Of a stretch of DNA of 64,000 bases, positions 43,276 to 54,607 are shown piece after piece (within the stretch, counting starts at the first letter, position 1; every line of letters begins with the position of its first letter). Source of the stretch: Candidatus Altimarinota bacterium (GTDB lineage Bacteria > Patescibacteriota > Gracilibacteria > BD1-5 > UBA2023); assembly GCA_043739785.1 (NCBI GenBank), contig JAYUDN010000001.1, forward strand, positions 37,392 through 101,391, written 5' to 3'. The translations under genes were made by a program, and so were the position numbers. The notes beneath the pieces were generated by a model that searched no databases, was not told where the DNA came from, and worked only from the letters and a program-made list of their open reading frames with translations.

Positions 43276-43838
43276 TGAAAAGTGAAGAATGAATAACGAA
43301 GAATAGAGGGGAAATTACGAAATACGAATGAAGAATTAGTAGCAAAAAATGAAGAATATGAGCCCTTCGTCATTCTGAGGTCGCCCCTTTGCGAAGCATT
43401 GGAAGTACCCTTGGGGTACGAAGAATCCAGATTCCGAAAGACCGAACTTCTTCAGGACTATCCTGATCGGTGTACGGGAGTGAAAAATTGTTGTCATTCC
43501 CGTGAAAACGGGAATCCACTTCTCTTTACCCCCTTAGTCCCCCTTGGAAGGGGGATTCAAAATCCTCATTCGCTTTTCTTTTGTTGTCATCTCGAGTGGA
43601 GGCGATAGCCGGAATCGAGAGATCCCTTTGCTTCAGTATGATTTCAATCCCTTGAAGTGGAATAAGGGATTCCTCCGCTTCACTTCCAGCGGTCGTTTCG
43701 GTCGGAATGACAAAAAAATCAGTTCTACTCGTCTACCATCTTCTACCACACTCTACCATCTTCTACCACACTCTACCATCGTCTACCCAACCAGCACACT
43801 AGCAAACCAGCCAACCAGTTATTTCCTAACCTTCCCCT
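43276..43838. repeat. Intergenic mosaic repeat array D
   Basis: M6 43367..43429, M1 43493..43517, GC hairpin 43527..43565, M5 (reverse) 43586..43625, M3 (reverse) 43666..43711, and CTACC phased every 10 nt at 43733..43783. Confidence 0.85.
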
Positions 43839-44681
43839 ATGCGTCTTGATCTCGCCGTATCCTCGAAACTCAGTATTTCTCGCAACCGTGCCCAGCGTCT
43901 TATCGATGAGGGACTCGTTTCTGTCGACGGGAAAGTCTGTCGAAAACCGTCCCATGAAGTGGAAGGGGAGATTATCGAAGTATCCGAGGGTTCCAGTAAT
44001 CACTGGGTTGCTCGGTCAGCAGGGAAACTGGATGGTTTCTTGGATGAGTTGCAGGTTGAAGGTTGCAGGTTACAGGATGAAAAATGAGAAAATGTATGAG
44101 AGAAAAACTCCATTCTTGATCAATCCAGCTCGTTTTTATGAACCAAGATAGATGAAGTTCTAGTTTCAAAACCTTCAACTTGCAACTTGCAACTTGCAAC
44201 TGCCACCTGCCTCGACATCGGCTCTTCTACCGGAGGATTTACTCAGATCCTCCTCGAGCGGGGAGCGAGGCGAGTGGTTGCGGTCGATGTCGGGACGGAT
44301 CAGCTTCACCTTAGTCTGCGAGGCGATCCGCATATCGAGCTCTATGAAAATACGGATATTCGCACCTTTTCGAAAATAGAAAAATTCGACATTATCACCA
44401 TCGATGTTTCCTTTATCTCCCTTCGGGAAATCGTTCCCGAGCTACAGAGATTCATGAAAGAGGATACCGATATATTCCTTCTTTTTAAGCCTCAGTTTGA
44501 AGTCGGACGAGCGAACCTCCGTAAGACGGGAGTCCCGAAAAGTGAGGGAATCATAGATTTATCCCTTCATGATTTCCAGATATTTCTCGAACATGCCGGA
44601 TTCACCATAATGAAAGTATCGAAAGCTCAGGTCGTCGGGGAAGCTGGTAATCAGGAGTATATGATGTGGGTGAGGCGGTAG
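43839..44681 (+). CDS. tlyA: TlyA-family rRNA 2'-O-methyltransferase (S4 plus FtsJ domains) with an internal insertion
   Basis: The S4 domain is MRLDLAVSSKLSISRNRAQRLIDEGLVSVDGK. The SAM motif is CLDIGSSTGGFTQILLERGA..V.AVDVG. 43839..44087 and 44187..44681 are in frame. Confidence 0.8.
44048..44204 (+). repeat. Heptad-array-bounded segment inside tlyA
   Basis: Left: gttgcag|gttgaag|gttgcag|gttacag (44048..44075). Right: cttcaac|ttgcaac|ttgcaac|ttgcaac (44173..44200). The arrays are in inverted sense and bracket a ~95-nt core. Confidence 0.7.
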
Positions 44682-45030
44682 GGAGGTAGAAACGAGGGAA
44701 AGATAGAGACGGAAAAAGGCCGGTAAGCTGGTTTGCTGGTTAGAGGGTTGGAAAATTGGAAAGTGGATGAGTGGAAAAGGTAGAATAAATGAGCTTTTGT
44801 CATCCCGACCGAAATGGAACAAGTTGGAGTGTAATAGAGAAACCCCATTTCTATTTTGTCATTCCCGTGAAAACGGGAATCCAGCAAACAAGAATCTGGA
44901 TCCCCGCATACGCGAGGATGACAAACAAAGGAAGTGGCAGAAGTCTAGAAAGATAGAAAAAATTAGAATATATAACAAGAAAAAACTGAAAAATTTGCCA
45001 AATAAAAATAAATAGAGTATGATTAGTAGG
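44682..45030. repeat. Intergenic mosaic repeat array E
   Basis: ggtagaa/gctggt words, an M3 variant at 44799..44845 and the M1-M2 composite at 44858..44923. Confidence 0.8.
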
Positions 45031-45049
45031 TAATTCACCTTTGTTAGAT

Positions 45050-45865
45050 ATGAAAATAAAAATCTTCTTATTTTTTCTTGCTTTGTTCAGTATGTCCACT
45101 CTATTTGGCGCTACTCCGAATTGTGGGAGTAACTACTGTAATAGAATCGACAATCTTCCTAAAAACCTTACCCCTCTTACTCCAGCTGGAGAGGCTTATA
45201 TTAGAAGTCTAAAAGACGTAGTAAAACCAGATTGATCGATAGATGCCCAGGCATTACAAATTGCCCTACAAGCAAATGATAAAAGTATTATCGTCGACAA
45301 TAAATTCTGAGACAATACGATTACTGCTGCAAATGAAGCTGGAAAAACCTGAATTATAAACGGTACACTTAAGCCCCTTCCTAGCTGAGATACGAGTCCT
45401 CTTCCGTCCTCATGAGGGCCAATTACATTAGATCCAATTACCTGATCACCAGTTTCAGGATGAGGAGGAAATACTCCCAAAAAAGACTCGATGGTTATTG
45501 TTACAGAAATAATACCTGGAGCTGACTGTAGATGTGATGTAGATTGAGATCCAAATTATGCTCAAAAGTGAGCTTGTACTTCAAAAACTCCTGTACCTGA
45601 AAGAAAGTATCGTTGTTATATCCCACCTGGCTTTTCTAGCTTTCAGATGATTCTTGCCGAAATTATTCGCTATGTAGTATACACATCGATGCTTCTTGGA
45701 GTCCTCGCTCTTACGGTGATGGGAATCCTCTGGTCGATCGCTGGAGCTGATGAGCCGAAAGTGAAGGCTATGAAGGGATGGTTTATCAATATCATCATCG
45801 GACTCACGATACTCTTTTTCTTCCGAATCATCCTCTCCTTCCTCGCACCTTGGATATTCCAGTAG
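45050..45865 (+). CDS. Secreted Cys-containing protein with a C-terminal T4SS-pilin-like domain
   Basis: Signal peptide MKIKIFLFFLALFSMSTLFG. About ten in-frame TGAs. The C-terminus TM-AGADEPKVKAMKG-TM (track ORF 45647..45865) has the same motif layout as the triple pilin at 4778..5746. Confidence 0.6.
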
Positions 45866-46290
45866 GAGAAAGCTGGTTAGCTGGTTCGCTGGTAGGAGAG
45901 GAAGCCGGTAAGCTGGTTTGCAGATTAGCAGGTTGGTCGGTCGGGTAGAAAGGATAGAGATACTTCATATGGATAATTATAGAAGACAAAAAGAGTGAAA
46001 TTCCCCCTTGATAAAGGGGGTGAGGGGGATTTTGTTTCCCCTTTCTTACTTCCTAATCTGTCTATCTTGTCTATGCATTTCTCTTTCACCTTCACCTGCC
46101 TATATTGTGCTGTGTTCATACTCTCTCTACTCACCCCTCCCTCCTACCGACTTCCACCCTTCAACTTTCTAAAGAGCAAACCAGCCCTCCCCGTTTCTAC
46201 CATTTCTACCGACTCTATAGATACAGAGTCCCGAGTATTTGCCTTTTCACCCGATTTCACTATATTTCTCCTGACTAAGAACTAACTTTC
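45866..46290. repeat. Intergenic mosaic repeat array F
   Basis: 8-nt periodic words agctggtt|agctggtt|cgctggta ... gccggtaa|gctggttt|gcagatta|gcaggttg|gtcggtcg|ggtagaaa (45871..45959), and a GC hairpin at 45998..46034. Confidence 0.8.
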
Positions 46291-46296
46291 CAACTT

Positions 46297-47067
46297 ATGT
46301 GACGATGACCGACGGTTCAAGCCCAGAAAGAAGCCTCTGCTAAAATCAAATCCAAAGTGAACGCTATCCACGCCAAGCTCATCTCCCTCGCGGCCGAACG
46401 GGGAGCGGATCCGAAGGAAAATAATGCCCTTGCGGAAGTCATCACCAATGCGAAAAAGGCAGGAGTGACCATCGATGTCATCGACCGAGCCATCCGACGT
46501 GTGGCGGGGATTGATACTGGAGAGAAGAAAGTGGAAGAGATATTTTACGAAGGGTACCTTCCGGGAGGTGTCGCTATTATCGTACGAACTCTCACCGATA
46601 ACCGTAATCGCACCGCTCCGAGCATGCGTCATATCTTCTCGGCGTATGGTGGCAATCTCGGCGAGTCAGGATCCGTCTCGAACTACCTCTATGACTACAA
46701 AGGGCAGCTCACCCTCACGACGCCTCCTGATTTCGAAGCCTTCGAACTCGCGCTTCTCGAGACCGAAGCTGAGAACTATGAGAATATGGGCGAGACGACC
46801 AGCATCTGGACCGACCGGACCCACCTTGCGAGCGTGAAGAAGCCCCTCGAATGAGCCTGATACACCTTCGAATCAACCGGATTTACCTACATACCGAAGA
46901 ACTATAGCGAAGTGACTGATTTTGATACAGCCCTCCAGGTCTACTCCTTCCTCGAAGCCTGTGGAGAGGATGAAGACATCGAATCCGTCTGGAACAATGC
47001 GGATATCTCCGATACCCTCTGGCAGCAGGTGCGAGAAAAGGTTGAAGCGAGTCGGTTTCGGACGTAG
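46297..47067 (+). CDS. yebC: YebC/PmpR family DNA-binding transcriptional regulator
   Basis: M(G)R(G)PTVQAQKEASAKIKSK...DPKENNAL...AKKAGVTIDVIDRAI. The C-terminal part joins through TGAs at 46852 and 46858. Confidence 0.8.
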
Positions 47068-47096
47068 TATACTTTACTAAAATAAGATGAATAATC

Positions 47097-47123
47097 GTCA
47101 TTCTGAGGCACGAAGAATCCAGT
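47097..47123. repeat. Solo GTCATTC...GAATCC hairpin module (M6)
   Basis: cgtcattctgaggcacgaagaatccag, the same ends as 43367..43429. Confidence 0.7.
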
Positions 47124-47233
47124 TTTTTTACTCTAGATCCTATCTTCGTCAGAGGCTATCAATAGTGTCGCGTGGAGTGATAAGAACAAAAAACAAACTT
47201 ATTGAAGGGAACTTACTATAACGTTATGATTTA

Positions 47234-47806
47234 ATGACCACATATATTTTCCACGGTGGAAATACGTTTGCAGTTTCTTCAGAAAATACCTGATTTTTTG
47301 AGAAGATACTTCAGGCAGTTCCAAAAGCCAATATTCATATTCTCTTTATTCCCTTTGCTCGAGAGAAAGAGCGTTGGTCCGCGGGAGCAAAAAAAATTGA
47401 AGAACGATTTACTGAAGTCCGCTCAGAGAGAACCCTTATATTCGATATCGCCGACGAAGGTATCGATGCTCTGAGGATCCAGATACAAATTTCTGATATT
47501 GTTTTTATATGAGGTGGCGATACTCAGAAGCTCCAGAAGAATCTCGAAGAAATACCAGATCTCGAAACCCTTTTCGAAGGGAAGGTTGTCGCTGGAACCT
47601 CTGCTGGAGCCTTGGTGCTCACGAAATACTACTATGAAAATGACACGGATTCTTTCCACCCATGACTCGCTATCCTCCCTATCAAATGTATCTGTCATTG
47701 GAAGAACGAGAAATGAGGATTATTGGACGTACTGAAAACCCATGGAAATCCTGACGATGAGATATTGACACTTGCAGAATGAGAGTATGAAATAATGAAA
47801 AAATAA
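47234..47806 (+). CDS. Peptidase S51 / type 1 glutamine amidotransferase-like protein
   Basis: IFHGGN ... DIVFI(G)GGDTQKL ... VVAGTSAGALV; five in-frame TGAs. Confidence 0.6.
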
Positions 47807-47862
47807 AATTTCTTGAAAATCTTACTATTGTTCTTATACTCTATCATAATTAATTTTTCTCT

Positions 47863-48354
47863 ATGTCAGATCCTCAAACTGATGGAACGACTGGAACGAA
47901 TCCTGCTGATACTGGTATGATTCCCCCTGCTGATGGATGAGTCCCGATGCCTCCTCCGCCTCCTCCGCCTCCACCACGACCGAAGACGGCGAATACGATG
48001 ATCATGGAGCTCGCGCGAGTGCATCCACTCACGACGTTCGATGAGACCTATTTTATAGAACTCCTCGAACACTCCCTCTCACTCTCGACCTTCGAGAAGA
48101 AGCGTGTGATTGATGCCATCCCGACCCTTTCTCAGTTCCAGATCGATGAACTCGTGAAGGTCTTCGAAGACGAGCGAATCGAGTTCCGCAAACTGATGCC
48201 AACCGAAGGAGAGGTGATCAAGTGACTCCTCGTGAAAGCCCAAAACGAATGGGAACAACTCAAAGATATCTACGCCGAAGAGAAAAAGGCGCAGTCTGCC
48301 GCCAATGCGGATGCAGAGAAGGCAGATGCGCTCAAGAAGTCGCTCGGACTGTAG
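47863..48354 (+). CDS. Proline-rich hypothetical protein (163 aa)
   Basis: ATG ORF containing a PMPPPPPPPPPRP tract and two in-frame TGAs, followed by a terminator. Confidence 0.45.
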
Positions 48355-48382
48355 TATTATTCACATCAAGAATCTTCAACAT

Positions 48383-48408
48383 AAAATCCCGAGCGAATCG
48401 GGATTTTT
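48383..48408 (+). terminator. Rho-independent terminator
   Basis: aaaatcccga-gcgaa-tcgggatttt. Confidence 0.65.
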
Positions 48409-48481
48409 CGTGGAAGTATTTCTTTTTTCTATGAATCTTTGCGGCCTTTAGAATTCTAGCGTAGGAGTTGATTTTCGAATA

Positions 48482-49261
48482 TTAACACACTACAACTTTT
48501 TCCTTCTCTTTTTCATAGGCTCACTGTGGTTCAGACTCTAAAAAAATAAGAGGGGCAAATACCTCAATTCCAAGTGACATGATTGTATTATTACAATAAC
48601 TTGTCGACCAGACTTGTTTTCCATCGCTTCCTCTCTGTACTGGATAAATACTAAGTGTTCCGTGTCCATCTTCTACTGGAATTTTCCATGTTCCCGCTTT
48701 GGTCAGAAGCATTCAAGAAGTCGAGAATCACACTTCTGCAGGTCATAGATTTTTTTCTCCTACGTAGGTAACTTCCTGATGAATCGAAGGGGCGTAATAT
48801 TCAGCCAGTTGTATTATCGCACGTGGACTATAGAAAAATCTTCGAACTCCATGTTCATCAGTAAATTCGATACAGAATCATTCATCTCTCGTAATTTTTT
48901 CAAACCATCCGTTAGTATTTATAGCTCAACTGAATTGCAAAGCGTCATCAATAGTTACTTCAGAAACTGGCGTTAGATTTTTATCACGTCCTCAGGACGT
49001 ATAAATATATTTTGCAAACACGGCTCATCATTTATTTAGATCTTTAAGTTCCGGTGGTAGGGGTTGCCGAGAGAGCCAATCCGGAGAGATACACTTTCTT
49101 CACAGAAATGAAGTAAGTGCTTCCGGAGGAATTACTAATCATTCTCAGAGTCAAAGAACTTTATTAGATCATTTAGTAGTCGTTCAAATAACAGAACCTA
49201 AGCCAGATCAAGAATAGATTTTGCCTGCTTCATTTCTTGTTCATCGTAAACGATTATCCAT
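48482..49261 (-). CDS. Hypothetical protein (259 aa), very UGA-Gly rich
   Basis: A continuous code-25 frame with about 20 in-frame TGAs. Only 48521..48712 is visible in the standard track. Confidence 0.4.
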
Positions 49262-49300
49262 AATCAATAAGTTATAAATTAGTTGGACTATTTTATATTG

Positions 49301-50194
49301 TTACTCTCTAGATGTACCCAATTTTCCTACTTGTACTTGCACACTTCCAGTAACCTCTACCACATTTCTTTGGTTCGGGATTCAGAAAAGCTCGGCGATA
49401 TCGTCAGGCAAGTGTGGGGTTGTTTCGAAAGAACAGACGAGGGTGTTTTCCAAATGTACCTCGATATGTTGATCTCAGGAAACGATGTAAAATGTCGGTT
49501 TTACTTCTGGAACTGCAGGCGTGGTTTCTCTCGGGGCGTCTCCTTCTCTATGACCGGAATGATATCTGAAATCAAAAATAGTTTTTGAGGTTTCAGATAG
49601 ATCTTCGCCAGATTGTGCTATACTCCCATTTTCCAGAAACAACCAGTGGATATAGGTCGTAAATCATCATTCATCCTGCCCGTCTTTGAATACCTCTCCA
49701 GTAAGATTCAGTTGCAAATGTGAGTTAATTCATCGTTGTTTTACAAAAGAAAGGATTTTCACTTTCCCATCATGTCAAAACTCAGTAAAAGTTTCCGGTT
49801 TTATACGGAAAGAATTTCTTCATACATACTCATCTACTCAGTTATCAAATGTGACATTTTTTGATTTTTGTTTCATTTTAAATTCTGTCACTCCTCCATC
49901 TTCAATGTGGGCTACTATTTCAGTGGTTATAACCCCATCACGCTTTCTAAAAATTAGACTCTCTAGCTCTGCTCTCATAAATTTACTAACTACCTCCCAT
50001 TCTCAGTGTTTAAAATAAGAATAGGAAAAACCTTTTTCGATTCATGTCTCTGGCTCTCCAGCACTATCAATTCTATCTACTAGCTCTGCAGGGAATGGAG
50101 TGCTCGGGAGCCTTTCAAATGTACCAAATGGACTTTCAGCCACTCAAGTCAAAGGAGTGACCGAGGTAAAAGCAGGAACCAGAAAATTATCCAT
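49301..50194 (-). CDS. Hypothetical protein (297 aa)
   Basis: ATG at 50194 and TAA at 49301, with 11 in-frame TGAs. It is in the same frame as the downstream gene and is entirely absent from the standard-code track. Confidence 0.45.
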
Positions 50195-50306
50195 AAAATA
50201 AAGTAAATATATCTAGCATTATTTTGAATAAATATTATTTGTCAAATACTATTATCATTTTTCCAAATTCTTTGTCGTTTCTTACCATTTTCCATATATT
50301 GGTGCC

Positions 50307-51284
50307 ATGTATATCCTTGCAATTCCGACATCTCATACTATCGATACGGAGCCACTGATTTATTTCTGTCCCGAGAACTTCGAGTCGCAGATAGGACTCG
50401 GTTCGCTAGTCGAAATCCCCGTTCGTACGTCGATGACCTATGCGGTCATTTCGGATATTGATGTGGAAATACCAGTCGGGCTTGAGATTACTGATATCCG
50501 CTCGATCGTCCGAGTGGTCTGTACGACGCCACTATTGGGCGAGGATACCCTTCGCGTGATTCCAGAAATTGCTGAACTCTCTCTCGTCCCGATTCATAAG
50601 GTCCTCTCCCTCTTCCTTCCGAAGTCGACATTGACAGCTCTCGAGAAGAAGAATTTTGAGGTGTTGGATAGTTTGCCGGTAAGCTGGGATGCTGGTTTGC
50701 AGGTTGGGGAATTGGAAGTCAAATCTGAGAAAAGAAAACTTGAGAACTCAAAACTCAAAACTCAAAACTCAAAACTCGAACGTTCCATCGAATTCTTTCA
50801 TTCGACTCGAGTGACCCCGGCTGTCATCGAGACCTATATAACCCCCGATACGCTCGTTATCCTGCCTGACGATATCCTCCTTCGTTCGTGTGAACAGTAT
50901 TTTACGAGTCAGTCTTCCTTGAGGGAAGAGCATTCTCACGGAAAACAAGCATTATTTACCTATGGAGATACGACGATCACTCGAAAGATCCGGAGCTGGG
51001 TCGATGTGAGAAATCATAAATTTTCGATTTGTTTTTGAACTCGACGACTTCTTTACTATAATCTCTCGAAGTATCGACAGATCCTCTATATAGAAGATGG
51101 ATTCGCTCGTGAGTACTTCCAGCACCCGCTCCGATACAAGCATATCGATATTCTCAGAGCCCTTTCGAAGCACTCTTCTCTCGATATCCGTATCCTGACG
51201 AGCATCCCAGCGCTCGAAACCCTCTCAAAACTCCGAAACTTTTCCATCCACAATATCACATGAAAATCGACCCTCAACGAATAA
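50307..51284 (+). CDS. Degenerate, truncated PriA-like (primosomal protein N') protein
   Basis: The N-terminal 3'-DNA-binding-like domain is LIYFCPENF...GSLVEIPVRT. STRVTPAV occupies the Walker A position and IEDGF the DEEH position. The protein ends after 325 aa. Confidence 0.5.
50675..50781 (+). repeat. Word/heptad repeat block inside the PriA-like gene
   Basis: gccggtaagctgggatgctggtttgcaggttggggaattggaag (the same words as the intergenic arrays), then ctcaaaa x4 plus ctcgaac (50747..50781). Confidence 0.7.
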
Positions 51285-53584
51285 TCTATATCCTGCACCG
51301 ATACTTTACTCGACTCGACCGTATCGGTATTTTCTGGTACATGATCCTCGCATATACGCTGGTCGTAGTTTCGACGATTTTCGGATATACCGTCATCGAT
51401 CATAAATACTACAAAACACAGGCAGATAAACAACAGACGATGGAACTTCGGGATGCGAACTCACGCGGGACGATTTTTTCTCGTTCGACGGAGACGAGTC
51501 CGAAAGGAGTATTTGCCGTATCAACCAATCTCGGAACCCTCTCCATCGATCCAACCCAAACGGGATCGAAAGATAAACTCGTCTCCTTCCTCGCGGATAT
51601 CGTCTTCGATGAGTTCTGTCAGGATACGGGAAATGCCTGTATCACCTCCATGAGTTCGTATCTAAAACAACCCCTCTTTGATGAGAAAAATCTCACTGAT
51701 ACCAAGCTCAAAGAAAAAATAAAAACCTACCTCACGGATCGTATGTCGAGTCCGATAGATGCCGTCCAGGTCGCAGAAAAAATGACCGAAAGTCAGATGC
51801 AGACAATCGAGTCCTGGCAAGAGCCTTCACTCTATCAAGTCGTCGATAACCTCTACGTGAACCCGACCCTGATCGCAGATCCAGAGCTCCTCTCGAAGCG
51901 ACTCTCTGAAGTGCTCGGAGTACCATCGATGGTGATAATGCCGAGACTGACTATCAGAGAGCGACGACACCTCGAGATTATCAAGCGTATGAGCCTATCG
52001 ACCCGGGATACCGTCAACAAACGCATCCAAACTGAAAAAGAAGCAGTCAAACAAAAACTTCTTCTTCCTGCCGATGCTATCTATCCATTTATCAAGATCG
52101 AGGACAACTTCGTGCGGTTTTATCCGGAGCAATCGGTCGGAGGACAGATCGTCGGATTCGTCGACAATGATGGCCGTGGTGAGTACGGTATAGAGGGGTA
52201 TTTCAACTCAGATTTAGCTGGAAAGTCTCCCGTCCAGATCGTCAAAAAAGATAGTATCGGACGTCCGATCGGAGGATACATCCCAGACTCAGACGAGTCG
52301 AACAAAAATGGAGTCGACCTCACCCTCACGATCGATCGCAATATCCAGAAGGAGATCGCGACCAAGCTCGATAAAGCGGTCAAGGATTTCCGCGCGAACA
52401 AGGGAAGTGTCATCGTCATGGATCCGAAGACGGGGGCGATTATCGCGACGGTCAATACTCCAGACTTTGACCCCAATGCCTTTTCGAGTGTCTACGAAAT
52501 CGAGAAGGTGAACTATGGGAAGTATCCGAATCCTTCTTTTGACCTCCTTGGGATCCCGGTGTTTGTCGAGGATACGCTTTCGGGAACACTCACCCTCAAG
52601 TACGAAGGGAAACGAGTGACCGTGAGACGAGCCACTGATAATGAAGTCGGGAATGGCGCCATCCCGAAGTACAAATACCTCAATAACTTTGGCCCCGGAG
52701 TCTATGTCAACGATGTCGTATGATCCCTCTATGAACCAGGGTCCGTCTTCAAGGCGGTCACCGTCGCTATCGGTCTTGATTCCGGAGAAATCAATCCCAA
52801 CGATACCTACTATGATAAGGGATATGTCGAGATCGACTATGGGGGCGGAGTGAAACAAAAAATCTCGAATGTCTCAAAGAGTTGTATCGGACTCCATAGC
52901 TATATCCATGGACTCGACTGGTCGTGTAATGTGGCGATGATAGACGTCGTCCAGAAGATCGGAAAGAGCCTCTTCTACAAATACCTTCGTGACTTTGGAT
53001 TTTCGAGTAAAACCGATATCACGCTCGATGGCGAAGTCTATGCGACCATCAATCCGTATGAAAAATGGTCACGAACCCAGCTCTTTACTATGTCATTCGG
53101 TCAAGGAATCAATGTGAGCCTCCTTCAGATGGCGGCAGCCTACTCCGTCCTCGCGAATGGGGGCGTCTATATGAAGCCATATATCGTCGATACGGTCACT
53201 TATCCGGATGGTCGAAGTGTGAAAACTATACCCACTCCGCTTCGTCGAGTGATCAAGGAGGAGACTTCAGAGAAGATTACTGCCATGCTCGTCGATAGTG
53301 TACGCAATGGGTTTGCTGCGAAGTGAGGAGTCGCCGGATATACGATCGCGGGGAAAACGGGAACCTCACAGATCGCGAGTCGGGGCGGATACGAAGTCGG
53401 AGAGGCGGGTCATACGATCACTTCCTATGGTGGATTCGCTCCAGCCAATAATCCCAAATTTGTCCTGATCGTCCGTATCGATCGTCCAAGATCAGCCATC
53501 TTCTCGGAAACCACTTCATCCGCCCTCTTTTCGGAGATTGCGGGCTACCTCCTCGAGTACTATAAGGTACCGAAAAACAACTAG
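51260..53584 (+). CDS. Class B penicillin-binding protein (PBP2/FtsI-type transpeptidase)
   Basis: N-terminal TM segment, dimerisation domain, and motifs SVFK (YEPGSVFK), SCN and KTGTS. 51260.. and 52850.. are in frame via TGAs at 52721 and 53324. Confidence 0.8.
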
Positions 53585-53609
53585 AATCATCAGTTATAGT
53601 CTATACATC

Positions 53610-53638
53610 AAAACGAGCAACCGTCATGCTCGTTTTTT
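53610..53638 (+). terminator. Rho-independent terminator
   Basis: acgagca-accgtca-tgctcgt followed by tttttt. Confidence 0.6.
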
Positions 53639-53688
53639 GATTTTCAGCGAGAGATATGATAGCATAGAAGAAACCAATATACATATCT

Positions 53689-54603
53689 ATGAAATTCTTC
53701 CGAACCACATCTCGAATCTATGATCCTCTTGCTGAACTCGAACAAATCCAAAAGCCTCGTTCCAAGCGAAAGCATCCCCTCGTTTTCCTCGTTCACTACC
53801 TCCTCCTGTCGTCGACCGTGTTTGCAGTTCTCTTCTTTTCGACCAATTTTTCTGCTTACTCGGCTCGAATCAGCTACTGGATGGATCAGGACGGATACTC
53901 GGCTGAAGAAGCTTCTCTCAACTCTATGGTCCTCTCGAGTGTGACCGAGGTACAGGCTTCGACTCCGGATACGACACGCGATGAATCTCTCGAAACGATC
54001 AAGGGAAAAATTTCAGAAAAGATGCCCAATCTCCTCTATGAAAATACTACGGACCCCTCTCGACTCCTCACACATATCGATAACTCGACCGAGAAAGTAT
54101 CATTCCGTATTGCACCCTATGAGAACCGTATTATTATCCCGAAAATCGGGAAAAATATCCCTCTCGTAAACGTTGAACTTGGTGGAAATTTCGACTTCGA
54201 CCATATGGAAAATATCTTTATGGATGAGCTCCAGAAAGGTGTAGTTCGATACCCTGGGACCGCCCTTCCAGGTCAAGTAGGGAATGCATTTATCTTCGGT
54301 CACTCTTCGAACTACCCGTGGATCGAGGGAAAATACAATGATGTCTTTGCCCTCCTGGATAATCTCACCTATGGAGATGATATCATCGTCTACTACAACC
54401 AGATGAAGTACACTTATCGAGTAGAGGAGAAGACGATCGTGAAACCTGGAGATGTGAAGGCTCTCCAGTGACGAGATCCTGAGAAGAAAGAGCTCTCCCT
54501 CATGACCTGCTGGCCAATCGGAACGGATCTCAAACGCATGATCGTATTTACTCAGCTGGTCGAAAGTACTCCTGATACTGAGTCCATAGCTGCTAACCTT
54601 TAG
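53689..54603 (+). CDS. Sortase family transpeptidase
   Basis: N-terminal TM segment, AFIFGHSS, and LSLMTCWP (TLxTC-type catalytic Cys) reached by reading TGA 54469. Confidence 0.75.
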
Positions 54604-54607
54604 AAAC

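Noticed and set aside
45196-45480. 94-aa minus-strand ORF
   Set aside because: It lies antisense to the pilin-domain gene 45050..45865, whose plus frame joins a signal peptide to the pilin C-terminus through TGA codons.
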